Assembly: GCA_038209745.1 (NCBI GenBank)
Contig: JBBQXJ010000112.1
Location: 1 to 10,608 of the forward strand
From: Verrucomicrobiota bacterium
GTDB lineage: Bacteria > Verrucomicrobiota > Verrucomicrobiia > Limisphaerales > CANJSG01
Direction: 5' to 3'
Length of the DNA: 10,608 nt
Shown here: positions 1 to 6,480 of the stretch, piece by piece
Layout of the letters: every line of letters starts with the position of its first letter
Position numbering within the stretch: the stretch's first letter is position 1
Position numbers and translations under genes: made by a program
The notes under the pieces: generated by a model
Seen by the model: the letters and a program-made list of their open reading frames with translations, nothing else
The model's database searches: none
What the model was told of the DNA's origin: nothing

Positions 1-589
1 CCTGATTGGTGGCATTGGCCGCGAGGAGATCGCGCTCGTTTTGGGAACGCAGGATATCGACGGCCCGTCCTTGCCCCGCTTTGAAGCGCGCTTCGACGAT
101 GCGGGTGAGAGACGCCTGCCATTCGAGATCTTCGGCGGCGAGCGTGGCGTGATGGTCGAGGACGGCCTTCTTCAAGAGCTGTTGCACGAGTTCGAGGCGC
201 AGGAGCTGGAACTGGTAGCTTGAGCGGGCTTCGGCGGCGCGCCCGGCTGCTTCAGCGGCGGAGCGGGCGGCTTGGGGCTGGCCGAAGAGCGGGAGTTTCT
301 GCGAGACGCCGTAGAGCAGATCCCCCTCGTTCCGCCGCATGGCGTCCTCGGCAAACATTTTGCCGAGGGACACTTCCGGGTCCGCCCAAGTCCGGACGGC
401 TGCCACATTGGCGCGGGCTCCGGCGGTGCGGGCCTCCGCGGCGTGGAGCGATGGCGCGTTGGTCCGCAGTTCCTCCGCAAATTGGTTCATGACCGAGGGC
501 GTGAGGTGGATCGCCCCAACTTCATCAGGACCGGCAAGAGCCGCCTGTAAGCCAAGGACAAGCAGGCTCAAGAGACATTTGGTTTTCAT
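1..589 (-). CDS. TolC-family outer-membrane efflux factor (CzcC/CusC-like), 5' part; continues beyond the window start
   Basis: Translated by hand from ATG at 589. Open for 196 codons to the edge: MKTKCLLSLLVLGLQAALAGPDEVGAIHLTPSVMNQFAEELRTNAPSLHAAEARTAGARANVAAVRTWADPEVSLG...YGVSQKLPLFGQPQAARSAAEA...IVEARFKAGQGRAVDILRSQNE. Has a signal peptide and OEP-type patterns (N-P-L-AA, W-DP-V, SQ-LPLFG, RF-AG-G---D-L). Lies downstream of a YHS metal-binding gene. Confidence 0.85.
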   Translation of the reverse strand, partial: MKTKCLLSLLVLGLQAALAGPDEVGAIHLTPSVMNQFAEELRTNAPSLHAAEARTAGARANVAAVRTWADPEVSLGKMFAEDAMRRNEGDLLYGVSQKLPLFGQPQAARSAAEAAGRAAEARSSYQFQLLRLELVQQLLKKAVLDHHATLAAEDLEWQASLTRIVEARFKAGQGRAVDILRSQNERDLLAANATNQ

Positions 590-693
590 GGGAACCGACG
601 GCCGGAAATGGTCCGGCAGGGAACAAGTCAGAGGGATGGTTCCAAGAACGTTCAACGGTCAACGGCGGAACCCGGGACTTGAGCGCGGAATAG

Positions 694-721
694 CCGTGAC
701 GGCCTCCGGGGCCGGCCACGG
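694..721 (-). promoter_or_regulatory. GC-rich RNA hairpin in the spacer between the Cys-rich ORF and the TolC-like gene
   Basis: mRNA CCGUGG-C-CGGCC-CCGGA-GGCCG-UCACGG forms an 11-bp stem with one G-U pair and one bulge. No U-tract follows. Confidence 0.5.
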
Positions 722-742
722 TTCATCCGTGCAGATCTGTTC

Positions 743-1093
743 TCAGATGAGGAGCAAGCAGTGACGCTGGTAGAGCGGCACCGACTGCGGGGAAGGGAGC
801 GGGATCGAAACGGTATTTGAAGTAGGGAGGGAATCGAGCGGGACCGGCTGGAACACCAGCAGAAGGCTGGCGATCACGTGCCAGCGGACGGTGGAATCTG
901 GAGCCGGAAGGCCATCGCGAACCGGGATCGCGGCATTGCCGCCGGATTCGATGCAGCAGGAGCATCGACTGCAGCCCGCCGCCGCCGTCATCGAACAATG
1001 GGCGTCCGATGAAGCCGCCGAACCCGCCTGAGGAGACACTGCGGCGCCCAGAATCAGCGCTAGGCTGAAGAAGAGGGCGACGAGGTGTTTCAT
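743..1093 (-). CDS. Small Cys-rich protein with signal peptide and Pro-rich C-terminus; candidate metal-responsive leader or accessory protein
   Basis: 116 aa: hydrophobic N-terminus (MKHLVALFFSLALILGAAVS), Cys cluster HCSMTAAAGCSRCSCC, tail IPLPSPQSVPLYQRHCLLLI*. Fills the gap between the YHS and TolC genes on the same strand. Confidence 0.75.
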   Translation of the reverse strand: MKHLVALFFSLALILGAAVSPQAGSAASSDAHCSMTAAAGCSRCSCCIESGGNAAIPVRDGLPAPDSTVRWHVIASLLLVFQPVPLDSLPTSNTVSIPLPSPQSVPLYQRHCLLLI

Positions 1094-1120
1094 GGCGGAG
1101 CAGGGTTGCTAAACGAGGTG

Positions 1121-1417
1121 CTATTTCGCGGACTGTTTCTTCTTGGCGGCTTCGGCTTTTGCTTGATCCGCGATCTTCTTCATGAACTTTGCGGGATCCT
1201 TGTCGAAGTCCTTTTTGCAATGGCTACAGCAGAGCTTCACTTCCTGGCCCTTGTAGGCAAAGACATAGGGATCGCCCATTTCTCCAAGTTTTTCGTCGGA
1301 AACGGAGCAGACCTTGAGGGGATAGGGCTTGGGTTTCTCCGTCTTTTCGACGGCCAAGACGGAATTGACGCCGAGAAAGGCGATGGCGGCCAAAAGTGGA
1401 AGAGTCAACTTGTTCAT
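1121..1417 (-). CDS. Secreted YHS/TRASH-domain heavy-metal-binding protein
   Basis: 98 aa. Signal peptide, then PYPLKVCSVSDEKLGEMGDPYVFAYKGQEVKLCCSHCKKDFDKDPAKF, the TRASH/YHS pattern C...Y-G...CCxxC---F--DP-KF. Confidence 0.85.
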   Translation of the reverse strand: MNKLTLPLLAAIAFLGVNSVLAVEKTEKPKPYPLKVCSVSDEKLGEMGDPYVFAYKGQEVKLCCSHCKKDFDKDPAKFMKKIADQAKAEAAKKKQSAK

Positions 1418-1514
1418 GTGGAAGTCGTATTTGAGACTGATTTAGAAGTAGACCAACTTTGTTCTGTTCGCACTTAATTTTTTTGCGGAGGGAGGGCGAC
1501 TCGGAGGGTGAAGG

Positions 1515-1543
1515 TTGCCGAAAGTGCGGAGGGGTCCTAGTTT
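1515..1543 (+). promoter_or_regulatory. Putative sigma70-type promoter for the 1557/1856 gene pair
   Basis: TTGCCG (1515-1520), 17-nt spacer, TAGTTT (1538-1543), 13 nt before the ATG at 1557. Confidence 0.55.
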
Positions 1544-1556
1544 CGAATCCATCGAT

Positions 1557-1823
1557 ATGACACGTCCGCAAGTGCTCGACCTTTATTTCATGGACGCCCG
1601 TTGCAAGCTCATTGAGCTGGGTGCCTTTCTTGATCGTGTGGATCGCGGTTCCGGCGAAGCGGATTTTCGACTGGACGCCTTCCGGGACGCGATGAAGCAC
1701 TTGTCCAGCGGTGAGCCGAAACGGGCCGAGGCATTGCTGTTGGCCTTCAGCGATCCGACGACCGAGCCGATTCCGGTGGCTCCCGGCAAGGGCGCTACCG
1801 GGGCTTGGCCGGCGCGACGCTGA
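1557..1823 (+). CDS. Small hypothetical protein upstream of the EboB-like hydrolase
   Basis: 88 aa from ATG 1557 (MTRPQVLDLYFMDARCKLIELGAFLDRVDRG...AFSDPTTEPIP...GATGAWP). Amphipathic helical pattern, promoter directly upstream, 32-nt gap to the next gene. The track's TTG start at 1515 falls in the -35 box. Confidence 0.75.
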   Translation: MTRPQVLDLYFMDARCKLIELGAFLDRVDRGSGEADFRLDAFRDAMKHLSSGEPKRAEALLLAFSDPTTEPIPVAPGKGATGAWPARR

Positions 1824-1855
1824 CCGTCCGTTCGATCCCGAGAACGAATCTTCCC

Positions 1856-2665
1856 ATGCGCTACATCGAACCTCACGGACACATGGTCAGCCGGACGACC
1901 GACGACTACCAGGACATGGTCACCGCCGGTTGTGCCGCCGTCTGCGAACCGGCCTTCTGGGCCGGATACGATCGATCCTCGGTGGACGGTTTCCGTGACT
2001 ACTTCCGGCAATTGACCGAATACGAGCCGGCCCGCGCCGCCAAGTATGGGCTGCCGCACTTCTGCTGGCTGTGCATCAACCCCAAAGAGTCCGAGGACGT
2101 GAAGCTGGCCGCGGACGTCATTGCTGCCATCCCGGAGCTGTTGGACAAACCCAACGTGCTCGGGATCGGCGAGATCGGATTGAACAAGAATTCCAGGAAC
2201 GAAATGAAGGTTCTGGAGATGCACGTCGATCTGGCGGCGCGGCACGACCAGCTCATCCTCGTCCACACGCCGCATCTGGAGGACAAGCTCAAGGGGACGC
2301 AGCTGATCCTGGACGTGCTCAAGGCGGATTCACGAATCCACCCGGACCGCGTCTTGATCGACCATGTGGAGGAACACACGGTGAGGCGCGTGCTGGACCG
2401 GGGACACTGGGCGGGAATGACGCTCTACCCGATCAGCAAATGCACGCCCGCGCGCGCAGTGGACATTCTCGACGTCTATGGTGGCGAGCGCCTCTGGATG
2501 AACTCGGCCTGCGACTGGGGCGAGAGCGTCCCTCTGGCGATCCCGAGAACGGCGCTGGAGATGAGACGGCGCGGTTGGACAGCCGAGGCCATCGACCGAG
2601 TGATCTACCAGAATCCGATCCGGTTCCTCAGCCAATGCCCGAAATTCAAGCTTCCGGCGGCCTGA
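1856..2665 (+). CDS. TatD-family metal-dependent hydrolase, EboB-like subfamily
   Basis: ATG 1856: MRYIEPHGHMVSRTTDDY. Amidohydrolase ligand motifs HxH, GIGEIG, VHTPH, IDH. SRTTDDY, EPAFWxG and NSACDWG are typical of EboB-like proteins (NSxxD replaces the canonical TatD ETD). Confidence 0.88.
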   Translation: MRYIEPHGHMVSRTTDDYQDMVTAGCAAVCEPAFWAGYDRSSVDGFRDYFRQLTEYEPARAAKYGLPHFCWLCINPKESEDVKLAADVIAAIPELLDKPNVLGIGEIGLNKNSRNEMKVLEMHVDLAARHDQLILVHTPHLEDKLKGTQLILDVLKADSRIHPDRVLIDHVEEHTVRRVLDRGHWAGMTLYPISKCTPARAVDILDVYGGERLWMNSACDWGESVPLAIPRTALEMRRRGWTAEAIDRVIYQNPIRFLSQCPKFKLPAA

Positions 2666-3784
2666 TCACCAAGGCTTCCGCTCGTTCATCGCCTTGACGA
2701 TGGTGCGGCGGATCGTGCGGGGATCGATGCTGCCTTCCTCGCTGTAGATGATCTCCCCTTCCGGATTGATCAGCACGGTGTAGGGCGCGGCGCCGGACCA
2801 GGCCGGATTGAAGGCGTTGATCAGAACGTCGCGGTCGCCCGAGGCAAAGAGGAGGTTCTGGTTGGACGCTTCTTTCTTGGTGAGATACTCGAGGACGGAC
2901 TTTTGCTCGTCGGGCCGATTCATGGAAACCATCACCAGTTCGAAGTCTCGATGGCGATACATGCGGTCCAGGGTGACGAATTCGTGGAACTCGGCGAGGC
3001 AGGGGGCGCACCAGGTGGCCCAGAAGTTCACCAGACGGAACTTGCCGGAATCGTTCTTCCTGAGCGCCTCCATCGCCGATTTGTCGACGAGCGATACGGA
3101 TACCGGCGCCGCTGCCAGCTTCTTCATGTAGTCGTCGACCAGATGGGCCTTGCCCGCCCATTTGGTGGAGCAGCCTAGAGCTTTGGTCGAGGCAACGACG
3201 GGTTCCTTGCCAGCCAAGAGAGCATCAATGGCGTCGCGAACGAAGTGCTTGGTTACCTTGGCAATTCGTTCGGAGTCGTCGATGGCTCCGACGTAGCGAA
3301 GCTTGCGATCGGCGTCGAAGACGAAAGTGTGCGGCGTGGTGGCAGGACCGTAGGACTTGGAGACGGTTTCAGTGTCGCCGTCGTAAAGATAAGGGTAGTT
3401 GAACCCGGCATCCTTGGCCCGAATCTTCATCTCCGCCAGAGTGTCGCTGAGATCGGTCCAGCCCAGTTCGTCGAGTCGGACGGACTTGGGGTCGTTCGGA
3501 TTGATGGCGACGAGGGCGACGCCTTTCTCTTGGTAGTCGGCGACGAGTTGTTTGATCCGACCCTCGTAATACTGGGCGGTGGGGCAGTGGTTGCAGGTGA
3601 AAACCACCACCAGCACCTTCTTGTCGGCGAAATCCTTGAGGGACCAGTCACGACCGTCGGTGCCGGGCAGGGTGAAGTCAGGTGCGGACGAACCAAGCGT
3701 GAGGACAGCCGGAACATCGGCCGCGAACGACCGGCCTAAAGCGAGCCCGCAGGAGACAATGGCGACGAGGAAGGGGTGTTTCAT
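2666..3784 (-). CDS. Secreted redoxin with two thioredoxin-fold domains (AhpC/TSA-like plus TlpA-like)
   Basis: Signal peptide. Domain 1: LGSSAPDFTLPG...VFTCNHCP...ATTPHTFVFD...GCSTKW. Domain 2: LVNFWATWCAPC...APYTVLINPEG. Confidence 0.9.
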   Translation of the reverse strand: MKHPFLVAIVSCGLALGRSFAADVPAVLTLGSSAPDFTLPGTDGRDWSLKDFADKKVLVVVFTCNHCPTAQYYEGRIKQLVADYQEKGVALVAINPNDPKSVRLDELGWTDLSDTLAEMKIRAKDAGFNYPYLYDGDTETVSKSYGPATTPHTFVFDADRKLRYVGAIDDSERIAKVTKHFVRDAIDALLAGKEPVVASTKALGCSTKWAGKAHLVDDYMKKLAAAPVSVSLVDKSAMEALRKNDSGKFRLVNFWATWCAPCLAEFHEFVTLDRMYRHRDFELVMVSMNRPDEQKSVLEYLTKKEASNQNLLFASGDRDVLINAFNPAWSGAAPYTVLINPEGEIIYSEEGSIDPRTIRRTIVKAMNERKPW

Positions 3785-3832
3785 GGTGGGAAGAAGAATG
3801 GCTCAAGGCGCCGGGTATTCGAGCCGAACCGC

Positions 3833-3868
3833 AAAACGGCCCGTCCCTAAATGATAGGACGGGCCGTT
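3833..3868 (-). terminator. Intrinsic terminator after the lipoprotein gene
   Basis: Perfect 12-bp inverted repeat AACGGCCCGTCC (3835-3846) / GGACGGGCCGTT (3857-3868), 10-nt loop. On the minus strand it ends in UUUU and starts 15 nt after the stop at 3884. Confidence 0.8.
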
Positions 3869-3883
3869 GATTGAGAGAGTGTC

Positions 3884-4258
3884 TCAGCGGGGTCGGGTGG
3901 CCTGAAGCATCTGGGCGGCCTGCTTGGCCCGTGGATCTCCGCTGGCCATCATTTCGGCGATCCTCACCTGAAGCTGCCTCATGCGATCGTTGACCTTGAG
4001 CGAATCATCCACGCTCATCTGGCGCTGTGAGTTTTGGACCGCGAGGATCGAGGATGCGGCCTGGTCAACCGCACCGCTCTTGATGGCAGAGTCGATCGAG
4101 CTGAGTGTGGCTGCCGTTGGGGCGGCGGCGGCCTCGGCGGGGGTGGTTACTGCAGTGGCGTCCGGAGGTGGAGAGGCGCTTTCCGCAGCCTCCTTTTTGC
4201 CGCAGCCGGCAAGAACAAGAACGGAAGATCCCAAAGCAACGAGGAACGCGGTTTTCAT
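3884..4258 (-). CDS. Hypothetical lipoprotein
   Basis: MKTAFLVALGSSVLVLAG|CGKKE is a clear lipobox, followed by an Ala/Pro linker and a helical C-terminal domain. An alternative ATG at 4285 overlaps the upstream stop (TGATG). Confidence 0.8.
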   Translation of the reverse strand: MKTAFLVALGSSVLVLAGCGKKEAAESASPPPDATAVTTPAEAAAAPTAATLSSIDSAIKSGAVDQAASSILAVQNSQRQMSVDDSLKVNDRMRQLQVRIAEMMASGDPRAKQAAQMLQATRPR

Positions 4259-4284
4259 GTTGAGGTGGCGATTGAGTCTTTGCA

Positions 4285-5130
4285 TCAGTTAGCGCCTCCG
4301 CGAGTGAGGCCGGGCTCGCACCAGAAATCGTTGGGGAACTTGTCCAGCCTGAGGCTCGCGCCCCGGTTACCGATCGGGCCCACGTCGCTATAGTATTTCA
4401 GGAACTTGATGAGCTGGGCCGAGCCGGTCGCTGTGCCGATGATGGCACCCCCGCCCACGTTTTGCGTCGACGATGTGCGGCCCCTTCCTGAGGTGTGACG
4501 CTGGGAAATGCCCTCGTCGGGAAAGCTGGAGGCATCGTTGAACCAGAAAGGAGTGTATTCGTCGGCTTCCCAGAACAGAACCGCCGTGGGACTGAACTGG
4601 CTGATTTTATAGGTGCGACCGACTCTGCCGCCTACTCCCGCATCGTAGGAATTCACGGCGCCATTGCAGACATAGCTCGAAAGCTTCTGCACCCGACCCC
4701 GATACAGGGTCTGAAAAACGCCATTGGCCCGATCACGCAGGTCGGTCGGGCAAACGTAGGTCTTCGCCACCTTGAGATAGGGCCAAAGCTGCCCTTCCTT
4801 TTCCTTGTCCAGCTGCCGATCGATGGTCACTTGGCTCAGGGAGTTCTCTGCGGACGGAAGGTTGGCTCCGTGAAGCCAGCATGGGTCGGTGATTCCCCAA
4901 CCGGCGCTCGGGAGATAGTCGGCATTGTCGCCGGTGTAGAGGAACTCGCCCAACATGATCTGCTTCACGTTGTTCAAGTCCACCGTGAGCATGGCGCGGT
5001 CTTTCGATTTGCTCAGCGCGGGGAGGAGCATGCCGGCGAGGATCGCGATGATCGCGATCACAACCAGCAATTCGATCAAGGTAAACCCGGTCCGGCCGGA
5101 AGGATGAATATAGGGCTTCGTAGCATTCAT
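4285..5130 (-). CDS. Prepilin-type N-terminal cleavage/methylation domain protein (PVC-type, DUF1559-like)
   Basis: [43 protein letters not shown] is a class III signal. Family-type motifs NNVKQI...[16 protein letters not shown] and SSYVCNG follow. Start taken at ATG 5130; 5163 and 5181 are alternatives. Confidence 0.9.
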   Translation of the reverse strand: MNATKPYIHPSGRTGFTLIELLVVIAIIAILAGMLLPALSKSKDRAMLTVDLNNVKQIMLGEFLYTGDNADYLPSAGWGITDPCWLHGANLPSAENSLSQVTIDRQLDKEKEGQLWPYLKVAKTYVCPTDLRDRANGVFQTLYRGRVQKLSSYVCNGAVNSYDAGVGGRVGRTYKISQFSPTAVLFWEADEYTPFWFNDASSFPDEGISQRHTSGRGRTSSTQNVGGGAIIGTATGSAQLIKFLKYYSDVGPIGNRGASLRLDKFPNDFWCEPGLTRGGAN

Positions 5131-5233
5131 GGTTTTGCAGGGGCTTGGGAGATAGAAAGCCATGCGGCTAGTTCCGGTCAATGGTGTGCCTGACGACGCA
5201 CGTCATCCATTTGGACATCGCTTGAAACGGTGA

Positions 5234-5743
5234 TTAGAGGAGGGCGGATGCCACCGCCAGGCAGACGCCGGCCCAGAGGCCTGCCAAGACGTCGTCGGCC
5301 GTGATGCCCCAGCCGCCGGGGAGATGCTGGATTTGACCGATCGGCCACGGTTTCCAGATGTCGAACACCCGGAAGAGAATGAACCCGGCCGCCAGCCAGC
5401 CCAGAGAAGCGCCTTGGAACACTTCCTTGATGCCGGGAAACGTCCAATCGTGCTGGGCGCTGGTGACGGCGATCCAGCCGGAGTAGGCGAGGGGGATCGC
5501 GGCGATTTCGTCGAGCACCACTGATCCCGGATCGTGTTTACCCAGGATTTGCTCGGCTCGGCCGCTGATCCAGATCGAGGCGGCGATCCCCAGACCGACT
5601 CCGAAGGCGAAAAGCGGCCAACTCCCCGGGAGCAGGAGCAAGTAGAACCAAATGATCCCGACCAACGACCCGAACGTTCCGGGAGCTTTGGGGACACGGC
5701 CGCTGCCGAATCCTTGGGCGATGAAGAGGATCAACCGGTTCAC
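5234..5743 (-). CDS. pgpA: Phosphatidylglycerophosphatase A
   Basis: GTG start overlaps the pgsA stop (GTGA). Motifs GFGSGRVPKAPGTFGS, HDPGSVVLDE, FRVFDIWKPWPI and GGWGITADDVLAG. 169 aa. Confidence 0.95.
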   Translation of the reverse strand: MNRLILFIAQGFGSGRVPKAPGTFGSLVGIIWFYLLLLPGSWPLFAFGVGLGIAASIWISGRAEQILGKHDPGSVVLDEIAAIPLAYSGWIAVTSAQHDWTFPGIKEVFQGASLGWLAAGFILFRVFDIWKPWPIGQIQHLPGGWGITADDVLAGLWAGVCLAVASALL

Positions 5744-6330
5744 ATGTCGCTGAGGTAGATCTCCCGGTTTCGCCAGAGATAGACGCAGCCGGAATATCCG
5801 GTGAGCAGGACGGCCGCCCATTTTGAAGCCTGAGCGAGCAACCCGATCCATGGGGTCCCAAAAATTTGTGATCCGAAGAGGGTTTGGCCGGCGAGTCCCC
5901 ACTCCTGATAGCTGTGCAGGACGAGGACGGAGATGATGGCTACGATCTGGGAAGCGGTCTTGTGTTTGCCGTAGCGCTCGGCGGCGATGACCACGTTCTT
6001 CGATGCGGCCAGCATCCGGAGGCCGGTGATCGCCAATTCCCGGGCCACCACGATCACCGCCATCCAAGCGGGAAACCAGTCGCGGTCCACAAACGCGATG
6101 AACGCGGAGCAGACGAGGATCTTGTCGGCCAACGGGTCCATCAGAATGCCAAAGCTGGTGATGAGCTTCCGGTCACGGGCGATCTTGCCGTCGAAGTAGT
6201 CGGTCAGGCTGGCGGCGACGAAGACGGCGAGGGAAATGGTCTCGTGGAAGCGGACCCGGGAAAACATCACGACAAGGAAGACCGCCGTGAGGACAAAGCG
6301 GGACACGGTCAGTTTGTTCGGCAGGTTCAT
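5740..6330 (-). CDS. pgsA: CDP-diacylglycerol--glycerol-3-phosphate 3-phosphatidyltransferase
   Basis: Starts MNLPNKLTVSR. CDP-alcohol phosphatidyltransferase signature DYFDGKIAR...GILMDPLADK, plus RELAITGLR and GKHKTASQ. 196 aa, coupled to pgpA. Confidence 0.95.
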   Translation of the reverse strand: MNLPNKLTVSRFVLTAVFLVVMFSRVRFHETISLAVFVAASLTDYFDGKIARDRKLITSFGILMDPLADKILVCSAFIAFVDRDWFPAWMAVIVVARELAITGLRMLAASKNVVIAAERYGKHKTASQIVAIISVLVLHSYQEWGLAGQTLFGSQIFGTPWIGLLAQASKWAAVLLTGYSGCVYLWRNREIYLSDM

Positions 6331-6445
6331 TCCGGAAGCCAAGGCACTTAACGGATCGAGCGGTTGGAAGGAAGACGAATATCGGGACAAGTGGGATGGT
6401 GGGCGTCCGGAAACCCGAGAACCCCGGTGAAAACAGTGCCCGCTC

Positions 6446-6474
6446 TTGTCCCCTCGCCGTGGCTGGGTCAACGT
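6446..6474 (+). promoter_or_regulatory. Putative promoter giving a leaderless mRNA for the YgfZ-type gene
   Basis: TTGTCC (6446-6451), 17-nt spacer, CAACGT (6469-6474), then 6 nt to ATG 6481. The -10 match is weak. Confidence 0.4.
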
Positions 6475-6480
6475 CGAGTC

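Noticed and set aside
694..721. Intrinsic terminator
   Set aside because: No U-tract on either strand. Kept only as a possible regulatory hairpin.
41..764. Plus-strand ORFs (41-223, 220-492, 272-550, 339-764) and alternative minus ORFs (172-480, 525-719)
   Set aside because: Antisense or off-frame shadows of the TolC-like gene and its spacer, with no motifs.
5744..6067. N-terminal extension of PgpA (277-aa ORF)
   Set aside because: Overlaps pgsA in another frame. The GTGA coupling at 5740-5743 gives the typical start.
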